A DNA stretch of 64,000 nt from Octopus sinensis (taxonomy: Eukaryota), in assembly GCF_006345805.1 (NCBI RefSeq), contig NC_043012.1:44888001-44952000 (forward strand). The letters are read 5' to 3'. Numbering within the stretch: the stretch's first letter is position 1; the number at the start of each line of letters is the position of its first letter. The notes beneath the pieces are model-generated. The model ran no database searches, had not been told where the DNA came from, and saw only the letters and a list, made by a program, of their open reading frames with translations. Below, piece by piece: positions 52,191 through 64,000 of the stretch. A program made the position numbers and the translations under genes.

Positions 52191-53050
52191 TGTCAACAAA
52201 ATTGTGGAAGACGAGCTCTCGGACCGAATTCCTTTACGTTCAGCACCAAGAAGCGTGAATATGCATTATAGCTTTACATGTTTGCTCTTTTGTTTTTATA
52301 TAATTACTGGAACAAAAATCTTTTCCGCCCGACGCTATTCAAATTATTCTGGGATTTTATTTTCAAAAGTCAGCAATATTTGATGTCTTGTTTACTGGAC
52401 AAAATTAGATTTTATTAATTTATTTACCAGTTCTTTTTTGTTGACATGTTTTTTTTCCAGATAATTATTATGGGATGTGTATTTCCCATGATGCATTTCA
52501 ATAACCTAGTTTCATTTTCTTTTATGCAGTTGTTCATCTCTCGTGCCTCACCGGATAAATTTTATCAGTTCTTGTCTGGAAAAACGTTGGAAGAGAGAGA
52601 GAGAGAGAGGGAAAGAGAGGGAGAAAGAGAGGGAGAGGGAGAAACAGAGAGAAAGAGAGAGAGGCAGAGAGGGGAAATAGATAGATAGATAGAGAGAGAA
52701 AGTGTGTATGAGAGAAAGAGATTGAGAAAAAAAAAGAACAAATCGTTCTTGGCTGGTTCTTGAAAACTGATGAGATAGTTGTCTTTATGAAAAACTCTTG
52801 GAATATATTTGCAGTTCTGCAGAAAATATTCACTGCCCGTGTCTAGTTTAGACGTCTCATATAATTATATATTTTATTTTTCTGTCTGGTGTGTCGAACT
52901 CTTACTTGATTTGCGCTTGCATATTGGATGAAAAGCTAATGAGTAAATTATATTGAAGCTGTACTTGCTATTTTCCCAGAGATAAAATCCATTCACTGTT
53001 TTATTCGACTGATCTTTGGTAATTCCCTGTAATACAGTGAAATAGTTATA

Positions 53051-53363
53051 TATCAGCGCCAAGAACTGTTTAGGAATAAGCAAAATTTAGGTTACCATGG
53101 GTTATCAGTGGGAAATACCCACGGGTGTTGCCCCTCAGGCATTTCCCATTGATAACAGCTAAAGAGCTACAACATCGATGTCTGGAAATCCTGACAGGGG
53201 CGCGACACTGTACAGATATGGTGTTTTTACACCTTTTTAACATAAGAGAGAACCGTTCTTCATGGTAACGGCAGTGAATTTGCCTTTTAGCCGTTGAAAT
53301 ACGTCACAAGTATATTTTAATTAATCTAAACTGCTTATGCCTAAACACTGTTTGGCGCTGATA
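53051..53363. mobile_element. MITE with ~32-bp terminal inverted repeats and an internal hairpin
   Basis: 53051-53082 pairs with 53332-53363; internal IR GTTATCAGTGGGAAAT/ATTTCCCATTGATAAC at 53101-53156. Confidence 0.6.
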
Positions 53364-53633
53364 ATACGGAAATTTCCACGACCTCGGCGATCTGCTGGGA
53401 CAAACCAGTGAATGTTGTTGACTGTATTTTAGTTAAAACCATATCTTTAATGAAGTCTGTCCAGAGTTGCCTCTCTTAGGTATTTCCCATTGATTTCAGC
53501 TAAAAAACTAAAAACATCGATACCAGGGAATGTTTCCGTAGTTCACTTTGAATTTAATTAAATTTGGGTGGCCTTGAAAACGTTGTGTTAACATGTATGC
53601 ACGTCCATACATACAAACATGGTACATAGTTGC

Positions 53634-53679
<46 letters not shown>

Positions 53680-54465
53680 ACACACACGCGCGCGCGCGCA
53701 CACACAAGGAGACACAGGTGCATACATATACAAACACACGCTCACACACACGCACATACAAAAAAGACACAAACACGGACATGCAAGCACATGAATATGC
53801 AGAACATACAAACAGATGTACACACATATATACATATGTACATATGCATACACAGACATATATACATATACATAGACACATGCATACATCCATATATACA
53901 TACACACATACATACATACATATATACACACATGCATGCATAGGCACACACACACACACACACATATATGTGTGTATGTATATAGTGGAATATTTATTTG
54001 AATACTTTCTTCGTTAAAAATCGGTATTGAGCCTAGCTTATGCAAATAAGTGTAAGAGATGTATAGTTCGTTTTATTTGATTCTTCAAATCAGCAACCAT
54101 CATCCTTTTATACTTTGTATAACGTTTGTTTTCTAAATGTATTTTGATCATAGTTTCTCTGACACGGAGATAGCTAAGGCTAGAAAGGTTACACATTATT
54201 TCAATTAATTTTCTCAGTTGATTTTGGAAGTTTCGTTCACTCAACAAATTCAAATATCTGCAGTACTTTCTTTGCAAATCCCAAGAGATATGCCTTAGTC
54301 AGCTTCGAAAACGCTCATTCAAATAAATGTGAATTTTATGAACTAAAACTCTTGTGATTAAGTACTATAGAGCATACGATGAGGAATTAGATTTTAAATT
54401 TGTATCGAAAAGAGATCTGTACTTAAGCAGTTTTCCGTACACACACACACGCACACACACACGCA

Positions 54466-54562
<97 letters not shown>

Positions 54563-54571
54563 CTTCGTTAT

Positions 54572-55075
54572 ATGTTGAGTGTCAAATGAGAACACCATGT
54601 GACCAACAAAAAAGTCCTGGAACGATCCAACAGTCAAACAGTCAAAGTATCGAATCACTGATCTTGAAAATTTGTCTTCAATGGTCAGGATATGCAGCAA
54701 GAATGGAAGCGTCAAGGTTCCCACGCCACGTCTTATTCAGCGCGCTCGTTTAGGGAAAAGACCACGAGGATATTCTCTTCAAAGATGCAAGGATCGATTC
54801 AAAACAACCCTGAAAGACACTGGACTTGAGTATAAATCATTTGGACACAATCCCGAAACCATACCAAGTGGTGGCATTCATCACTGTCGGAGCCCAAAAT
54901 TTCGAAGCCACCAGAAGAGGAAAGGAAGGAATCAAATGACAGGAGAGAGGCCTCGACAAAATCAATCTCGTCCTCCACCAACATTAGCACGCGGTCAGTG
55001 CCATCGACACTTCCATACAGGAATTATTCAACGCCATCACCACAAAGGAAGCGTTCAGCAAAGAAGAAACTAAGT
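54572..55075 (+). pseudogene. RTE (BovB-like) LINE 3' end
   Basis: VTNKKVLERS, RMEASRFP, GKRPRG..RCKDRFKTTLKDTG and a C-terminal zinc-finger-like remnant (QCHRHF); frameshifted. Confidence 0.8.
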
Positions 55076-55140
55076 TTTCGGATACGAGCTAAAGTTGCCG
55101 ATACGTTCTTGTTCCAATTTTTGTTTTCTTTTATATATAT

Positions 55141-55516
55141 ACTAGCAGTATCGCCCGGCGTTGCTCAGGTTTGTAAGGGAAATAACTATAAAGCATTTTT
55201 AGAGAGTTATAGCCAAAAAATAGCAAAAAAATGGAAAAAAAATGATGGTAAATTTTTTTTTGAGAGTTAAAAAAGGTGGAGTTGCGTCCCCTAGACGGTC
55301 TGTGGTTTGGGTTTCTTTTTCTCGACCCCATGTCGAATTTATCGAACTGGGGGAACTTTTCAAAATTTTCGCTGCGTTAGTTTTGAATTATGACATTGGG
55401 CTATGTGTGTGTCAAGTTTCATCAGAATCGGTTGAAAGCCGTGGTCAGAGTGAGGGTACGAGAAAACAGACACACAGAAAACGCACAGACAAACTGCCGT
55501 TTATATAGAGAGAGAT
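55141..55516 (+). mobile_element. Helentron/Helitron-type non-autonomous element (HINE/DINE-1-like)
   Basis: 5' ACTAGCAGTATCGCCCGGCGTTGCTC; 3' CAAGTTTCATCAGAATCGGTTGAAAGCCGT..ACAGACACACAGA..TTTATATAGAG; AT-rich insertion site. Confidence 0.75.
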
Positions 55517-55598
55517 ACATATAGCGGAGAAGTACACTTTTGGTCTCTTATATGTAAGTACACAAACACACTCGCACGCACGCACGCACACACACACA

Positions 55599-55647
<49 letters not shown>

Positions 55648-56129
55648 CACGCACACACACATATATATATCTAAATTCTGTACGACACTTTTACTCTTTC
55701 TTTCAGCCCCTTCACACTTATTCCGTTCTTTCCACTCTTCTCTTTCTCGCTCCCCCTCTCTCACATTTCTTGGCCTTCCTTTCATTCTTACCTTCCCCCC
55801 TCTTTAACTTCACTCTGTCCCGTTTCTTTCTTCTTTCTTTCTCGACCCTTCCTAATTCTTCTATCCCTCTGCCTCTACCTCTCTTCTCTCCTTCCGCGTA
55901 ACCGGTGTTTTGCTAAGCCTGACCTTTCTGTCTTTGTTCGACTACCATCCATTTGACATCTATATTCCTTCCAATGACTTTCATATCTTATGTCCCTGCC
56001 GTAAGGCTTCACTTCTACACACGCCAACTTAATCTAATTCGTCCTTAGTCGAAAGACACCTGTTGTAAATGTCCTGTTGATTGTATTTGTAATTGTTTAC
56101 AATTTCTCTGTTTTTTCGTTCTTGTTTTC

Positions 56130-56370
56130 GTATACATACATTTGCTTTCTTCCAATGAATCTAATGCTCTTAGCTTAGATTTTCTCGGAGCCGGCCAAAT
56201 TGGGGCAGACTCGAGTGTAACCGGCCGAAAGCGCCGCGAAAATCTGGAACTCGACTGAGGATAGAAAACTCCGAATGACTCGTCCTTGTTTTTCCTGTCC
56301 TTTTTTGTATCGTCTAATTGTCCGGATGCTTTGTTGTCGCCTGTTACGTTGTTGCCCATTTTTGTTTTCT
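56130..56370 (+). mobile_element. Diverged copy of the 21160-21370 element (probable PLE terminus)
   Basis: Collinear motifs CGTATACAT, TTCCAA.GAATCTAATGC, GGCC, CGAG..TAAC.GGCCGAAA and CGACTGA.GA..GAC.CGTC; ends in (TA)n. Confidence 0.55.
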
Positions 56371-57501
56371 TATATATATATATATATATATAATATATAT
56401 ATATATATAATATATATATATATACATACACACACACATACATGCATTATCCAATGGGGATCTTTCGCTCTAGCTACGAGAAATAATAGCTATATTTTTA
56501 TCGAAATGTAACCTAACGTCTTAAGAAGTATTACAACCTCCCCACCCGCAAAAAAACATTAAGCGTAGTTTTAGAAACTTTAGATTTTGATGACGAATAT
56601 GGTCCATCAGGTTTGACATTTTGTTAACGAAGAATACAACAACAATAACAACAACGACGATACGCTCACATTCAAAAATGTTCTCTGTAATTATCTCTCT
56701 ACCTCTATACACACATACATACACACACATATATATCGTGGTGCACAGATGATTATATATATATGTATATATATACATATATATATATAATTATCTCTGT
56801 ACCATTTGCGCGCCCGCACACACGCATGCATGCACATGTAAATGTACGTATGTGAGCATATATTTATGCTCATATACAAACAAATGCATGTATCCTCTTC
56901 GCTTTAATAAATTGCTATAACAAGCATTGGTGTGTTATATTTCGTACACAGACATGAAAATAATGAAATCATTAAAACGTTCTGATCCTTCTCTTCCATG
57001 TTATCTTCTTCATAATGACGTGTTGCCATTGGTATTGTTATTGGGTTGTTACTGTTGTCTATGGTGGTGTGTTTCTATATTGTTTTCTATCTTTGTTTAG
57101 TGAGGATGAATCAGGGTAGAGTATCCTTAATAAGTTAAGGTGAAGTAATTATTTCTGGAACCGGAACTTAACAATTTCGTTTGCTCATGCTTAGAGCGTA
57201 TATAAACATAAACACATTCACATATAACCATTGTGTTTTACACACACATATACATAAATGTGAGTACATAACTACACAGTGCTGAGAGCGAGAGGTAATG
57301 TCCACAAATGTATACTCGCGCAATTGCATAAATCCCTAAATCACCATATACACGTATAATTATATTTATACATGCAAATGCATATATGTGTGCGTGTACG
57401 TATATACACACTAAAAAAATAAAAAAATAGATATAGCACACACGCATACACGCAACACACACACACACACACACACAGACACACACACACATACACACAT
57501 A

Positions 57502-57545
<44 letters not shown>

Positions 57546-58808
57546 ATATACTCTGTAACAAATATAACGTTGCATGTTTATTTGCCTCCACATTCATTTT
57601 GAACCGTGTTTACCAGCGGAAAACAAGAAGTTAGTTATTAATACACTGGAACCAAGAAAAATGCTGTGTGTTTTACCTTTATTTAGATCTTTCCACTAAT
57701 ATCGTTGTTATTTTTTAGCCCCAGCTTAGCACTAATCAAACAGGCATTTGATAAAAAACGTTTCCATTTTTGACTACCATTCGTGTTTACTTTCATTAGG
57801 CTGGGTTACCCAGAAAATACAGCATAATTCGAGAGAGACTTGGTTACTGTTGCCGCTGGTCGAGCACCGACAGGTGGTCTGAATACTATTACTGTTATTC
57901 AGAGTATTATTCTTGTTGGTATTGCTGTCACAAGAATTCTCACATAAATACAGATAAATTTCATTCAACAGCTAGAGGTTTGCTCCAATATTGTCATCTT
58001 TACACGTAACCTTCCCCTATTTATACCATAATGCATTGGACCATTAATAAACAAGATGTGACGTATAAAGGTGAAACGCCCAGTTGTGCACAATTATTGT
58101 ATGAAAGTCAGCAAGAAAATTTATATATTCCGTATTGTAAAATAATCATCTTGGATAACCCACGATATGATAACTATTACCAATGATTTATTATTGAGTG
58201 TGGGGTGGCGATTTAACTTCTTATGGAGTAGTCCACAGTTCTTTTAGAAGAGAAAGCAGTTCCCGCAGACACAATGTCAGTATTATACTACTGTCAACTC
58301 ACTGCAATGTTAATCCATTGAGTTTTTACTTAACGCAACTTTCTGTAATCTGATTTTTAACGCCTGGCGCTGTTAGAATGTACCAGGTCTGGATGAAGCT
58401 AGTTTCTTCTTAGGATGAAGTTAGAGAGTGAAAGAGAAACTGTGAGAGAAGGCAAAGTTGATTTCGACTGGATTGTTAAACATAAATAGTTCTGACTAGA
58501 GTTCAAGATATATTACATGAAGCTGAGCGATAGCAACATTCAATAAATTCGATAGTTTAATTCTGTAATTTGTTTAGTAACAAAAGCTATCAGTTACGAC
58601 TCTACAGCATTTTGTCCGATTCTTGAAACCCTCCGACAAATAAATACATACGTCCCTTAGCACGTTACTCATGGGGCGATATAAACCGAAATCTGTCGAT
58701 TCGTGAGACAAAAGTTCCTTACAGGTATTTTATCTTACTCTGCTGTTCAGGCCATTTTGAACAAATATATAATCAAAAGTCCTGTTTTCGCTTTTTGATA
58801 TATATATA

Positions 58809-58850
<42 letters not shown>

Positions 58851-58959
58851 TTGGAAATGGATGCTGGCATTCGATCATATAATAATATAAATAATATATA
58901 TATATATATCCATATATACACACATATATGTACATGCCTACATATATATGCATATATAC

Positions 58960-59249
58960 ATGCATATATGGGTACAAGACATTAAAAAAACGTGAACAAA
59001 ATAAGAAACGAAAACATAAAAAACAATAGCATGGAAAACGAACTTTTTTCGAACAACGAAAGAAACAAATAGGGAAACGAGACAAGCAACATAAAGAACA
59101 TTCCCTTCATCAGCTGTCCCCTGTTTTATTATCTACTCCGCGTTTCGAAGGTGTGGGACAATACTCGACTTCGTTAAAACAGGCGTTCCCGCAAAGCAAA
59201 TTAAATAAAATTAGGGGACAACTGATGAAGGGAATGTTCTTTATGTTGC
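58960..59249 (-). mobile_element. Diverged copy of the 21398-22243 arm family, with a 37-bp terminal inverted duplication
   Basis: Shares CCCTTCATCAGCTGTCCC..GTTTCGAAGGTG.GGACA; 59086-59122 pairs with 59213-59249 (one mismatch). Confidence 0.75.
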
Positions 59250-59254
59250 TTTTT

Positions 59255-59316
59255 TACATCCTATACCCATATATGCCTTGTAAGTGGATTCGGTAGACGG
59301 AAGCTAAAAGAAGCCA

Positions 59317-59389
<73 letters not shown>

Positions 59390-59610
59390 GTGTGATTGTG
59401 TTTGTCTATTTGTGTGTCTGTGTTTGTCACTTCACCATCGCTTGACAATCGATCTCGGTGTGTTTACGTCGCCGTAACTCATCGATTCGGCAAAAGAGAC
59501 CGATAGGATAAGTACCAGGCTAACAAAGAATAAGTATAGGGGTCGATTTCGTCGACTAAAAGGTGTGCTCCAGCATGGCCCCAGTCAAATTAACTGAAAC
59601 TAGAAATGAG
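59255..59610 (+). mobile_element. Octopus-type tRNA-SINE (5'-truncated)
   Basis: GTGGATTCGGTAGACGGAA.CTAAAAGAAGCC..CGGCAAAAGAGACCGATAGGATAAGTACCAGG. Confidence 0.75.
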
Positions 59611-59736
59611 AATAACAGACTATACATACACACAAAGACACCATATATATATATATATATACATACACACACCCACATATATATGAATATAGATACGTAT
59701 GTGATTATAAGCGTGGCATATATATATGCGGGAATT

Positions 59737-59855
<119 letters not shown>

Positions 59856-61084
59856 GCACACACACATAAATACACACATATATGCTATGTGTGTGCGTGT
59901 GTGTGCGTGTGCGTGTGGGTGTATGTGTGTGTAACGCACGCAGCAAGATATCAATTAGTCAATTTATTAATTTTCCTCCTGCTGAGATATTCAATGGGCG
60001 ATATTATTCTATTACAAATCTGTTTTCCACGATAATATTTTTTTTCATAAAGATCAACTTTGTGTTTGTACAAATAGACTCTATTTGTTTCATTAAATCT
60101 AGAGAGAAATCAAATAAAAACTAATAATTTTGATAATAACTCCAACAATAATAAAAAGAAAAATTATTCCTAGTTTTTTCTTTAATCATCTAACTTCATT
60201 TAAGATGAAAATAAATAATTTGTTTTAATTTTTCTGTAGTCTCTCGGAAGGAATCGATTAATCGCAAACACATATGATTTATTTAAAGGTGATAACCAGT
60301 ATATATGCAATAATGCTTAATCAAGATAAATAGCATTTGATGTGACTTAGCGAAAGTTTTTATCAAACTAAGACTAGACTTAGATAATTTTTTCATATTT
60401 GAACGAGTCTGAAATTTTCTTGAAAGTCACTGTTGTTTGGCAGATATTAGCTGAGATAATGTTTTTTTTTATTCATTAGTTTGTCCAAGAAACACAAGTG
60501 TTATCATCGTGACACCTGTCAAGAATTTTCTGTGAATTGTGTTAACACTATTTTAAGTCTTTCAAATATTTTTGTTGACTCACAAACAGCAATCCAACAC
60601 TCAAAAACCCTCTGTAGTTTGAGTGACTTGAGAAATTACGAAAAGATTTGATAAAGATAAAAAAATAAAAGTTTCTAACATAGGCACAAAACCAGAAATT
60701 TGGAGTGGGGGAGGTATCTTGTACATGAAATCGATGCCAGTACTTCATTCGATCGCTTCTGGCCGGGTGAAAGGTAAAGAATTGAACTTAGAACGACATT
60801 CCAACGAATCTGGCAATAAATCACATTAATAATAACACAAATCGTTCCGAACAGTCAATAATCAACAATGATAATTATTTCCAAATCAGAAACCAGGGAA
60901 GAACTCGTAAGTGGGTTTTGAGGTTATCGATAACCTCGAACCTAGAACTTGACTCCTGTTTATCTTTTTTTTTTATCAATTTCGAGGGGTGTGATGGGTA
61001 AAGGGATTTGAACTCAGAACATAAAAACCTAATATTTAATGCATTACCCCACGACGTTTTTATCTGTTACTTTATTACCCAGAA

Positions 61085-61262
61085 GGGGCTAAACATAGAA
61101 GGGATAAACAAGGACAGACAAACGAAGTAAGTCGATTACATCGACCCCAGTGCGTAACTGATACTTAATTTACCGACCCCGAAAGGATGAAAGGCAAAGT
61201 CGACCTCGGCGAAATTTGAACTCAGAACGTAGCGGCAGACGAAATACGGCTACGCACTTTGT
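61085..61262 (-). mobile_element. Nin-domain-like SINE, well preserved
   Basis: GTCGATTACATCGACCCCAGTGCGTAACTG..CGACCCCGAAAGGATGAAAGGCAAAGTCGACCTCGGCG. Confidence 0.8.
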
Positions 61263-61472
61263 CCGACGTTTTTATCAACACACTAGCTACTCTGTTAAGC
61301 TCTTGACCTCAAGAAAAGCAAAGGCAAGGCCTAAAATTATGAGAGGAGCGGGTTAATCGGTTAGTCGATTAAATTAACCCAGTCCTTGACTGGTATTTTT
61401 ATTTTATCAGCTCCAGAAGGGTTGTGTTATTTGAACACGGAACATAAAGTGTTGGGGATTGGGCCTTATGTA

Positions 61473-61520
<48 letters not shown>

Positions 61521-62058
61521 GTGTGTATGTGCATATGTGTGAATATGTGCGTGTATCTGTACTATATACGTATGTATATGTATGTATGTGTATGTGTGGC
61601 CTTGTGATTATGGTGTTCAATTTCTAGATCAAACATGCTTTGTGTCTCAACGGAGTATTCCATTTCCCGCTGTCCTAAGCAGAAAACGAGTACCAATCGA
61701 GTAGATCTGCTGCTGGGTCAAAGCGTGAGCGTTTCGAGAGGATGCCAATATGTGACTGCACTCGCACCTACCTAAACCGATTTACGAAAGCATGGTACAC
61801 GTTAAAATGCCTCACTTCTTCCATGTGTATGGCTGGCTATTTATAAACTATATACACACATATGTACATGCATACATATATAAATATGATATTATTAATG
61901 TATATCGGATCATATCATATAAACACACACAAGCACGGCACATACACACATATAAGAAAAAAAAGATGATCTAAATAGACAAGTACATAGACTCAAGAAT
62001 AAATGGATGCATACAAATTTTATAAATACGGAAAATCACTCTCCCATAATTGAAAAGA

Positions 62059-62108
62059 ATCAGCTATCTACACTCTGGATCAGCTATCTACACTCTGGAT
62101 CATCTCTC
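62059..62108. repeat. 20-bp tandem duplication ATCAGCTATCTACACTCTGG, about 2.5 copies
   Basis: Directly visible. Confidence 0.8.
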
Positions 62109-63391
62109 TACTCACCAGTTACTCGTGTTATTCGAGCCTTGTATACCCAGACTTGTCGCTGAGCATATCAAAACTCACTCAGGCAAGACATTTCCGCTGT
62201 AGGAAACTATAAAATCGTTCTTTTTAAATTTTAAATAATATCCTCTCACCTGCACGACTCTTGAAATCCAGACAGAAAAGATGATCATCATTATTTTTAC
62301 ATTTCAGAACTTCCAGCTTTGATCATTCAGGTTCACATTGCTTATTCATGTGAGAGTGGAACTTGTGGTAGTCTATAAACGGTGCGGTTTTTTTTTAATC
62401 TGCGCGGTTTTTGTTTTTGCTTAACAATTTCCCCCTCACACTCTTTTTCTTTTTTTTTACCTACTACGCATCTCCGAATCCCTCCTTGTTGCTCGTTGTT
62501 GTGAGCCAATGTAGTAACACCACTGGCTGCGACGATGAAGGGGTTTCTTGTCGATATTTCGTTGTGAGAACGAAGCAAATTTTTCTACCAAAGTCTTCCC
62601 CAGGCATTAGCTGTGAAAGTGGAATAAAGTAGTTCGAAAGTGTGTATAGAGTTCGTCTAGAATATACTTGCTCTTTGTCACACACACAAACTTACATACA
62701 GGCACATACACACACGTACACACACACTCGTACTTACGCATACACAGAAACTAACACACATACATTATCACATATATATACGATAAGAAATAGTCACTCC
62801 CTCACAAACACACACCGAAATAGATATATTATATAGGCATTTGGGAGGTCGCAATGACTCAGAGTTCAGTGCTTTAGAATTTAAGGTTGAAACTGAATTC
62901 GTGTGGCAGCACCATTTCCTTCATCTAAACGGTAAGTGCAATCTCTCCCAACTATAAGTTAATGTTTTCCATTATGTATCGTTGTGCTGAAATGTTTTAT
63001 ACAATGCTCATAAATCAAGTACGATTAGAATAACTTCTGGCTTTCTTCATCTTTTCATTTAGGTTCTTTTATATTCTACATACAAAGTATCAGTGAAAAA
63101 AGAAAGAAAGAAATAGAGGTCCAAGCAAACAGAATAACTGTTTTGTTGCGAGAAAATAAATTTGATGTTCTTTTGAAACGACTGCACTCAGATAAATGTC
63201 ACTGAGAAATACTAGGATGAATGTTACTGGTTAGGGGTAACTTTCAGTTGAAATTTCAACCGACAAAATCAAAAGGAAGAGTGATTATTTTATTATTTTC
63301 GTGTATTCTTTATTTCTGAAGCAAATGAATTGAACATAAGGGAGGGGTGTGAATCGATCAAAACTCCAAAATTGATACTTAAATTTACTTC

Positions 63392-63438
<47 letters not shown>

Positions 63439-64000
63439 TCCCTCTTTCTCTCTTCGCCACTCTCAACTCGTTTGTATCTTTGCTTGATTCTCATTGGCTG
63501 TTCTACTAATGTATTTCCCAACATTCATTTCACTCTCGACGCACGTACTGGTTTAAACGCTGTTTCTCTCCACCCTTATACGCACGCGCACATACGCCGT
63601 TTCCCTACGCTTACACACACAAATCACACACATACACACAAACATAGACACACGCACACACATCAGGAATTTTCTTTTATTTTTAATTCGCAGGGAGCTT
63701 GCTTTGAAATACTCCATTTTGCCGGCATCTTTCAATAGTGTATCTAAAAAAGAACTATTTGAACGTAGTTTGAGAAAGCAACAAACTACTTTATGAAGAG
63801 TTTCTTATGAAAAATACTTCATCATTTATCAACGTGAATAGAATACCTTTATTGAAAACAAATCTGAAAAGGTTCTAGAACCTTTTGCAATGTTAAAACA
63901 TATAATGTTTATGAGATAAATAAATATCAAACTAAAGAGGAAAGCCGTTATTGGATAAATGTAATTTATAATAATGACATTAGTGATTTCAGTTTTATTT

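Noticed and set aside
62340-62640. Promoter or first-exon-like non-repetitive segment with CCAAT
   Set aside because: A single short motif and no supported ORF or splice pattern; needs transcript data.

Overview
AT-rich eukaryotic non-coding DNA, dense in microsatellites and transposon debris. The SINE families present suggest a cephalopod, most likely Octopus; this is inferred from remembered family sequences, not from a search. No host protein-coding exon could be supported, and almost all ORFs in the track are translated microsatellites. Recognisable content: many tRNA-derived SINEs; LINE remnants (two RTE types, CR1/L2-like, Tx1/L1-like, CRE-like, possibly I-like); Penelope-like element (PLE) fragments (an RT part, and a GIY-YIG part with its terminal repeat); four mariner remnants; a Tc1/rosa-like composite; hAT and Helentron-type non-autonomous elements; and single 5S rRNA and tRNA-Val pseudogenes. 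The main find is a tandem array of about 3.8 copies of a ~475-bp unit (27258-29072). Every unit carries a complete type I hammerhead ribozyme fold, so the array resembles a retrozyme or ribozyme satellite predicted to yield ~475-nt self-cleaved, possibly circular RNAs. The window also holds other hammerhead-like motifs, including one whose strands occur in a permuted, pseudoknotted order in three copies and one with a U3-A8 core covariation, plus several long inverted repeats next to (TA)n tracts. All structures were folded by eye and ribozyme activity is untested.
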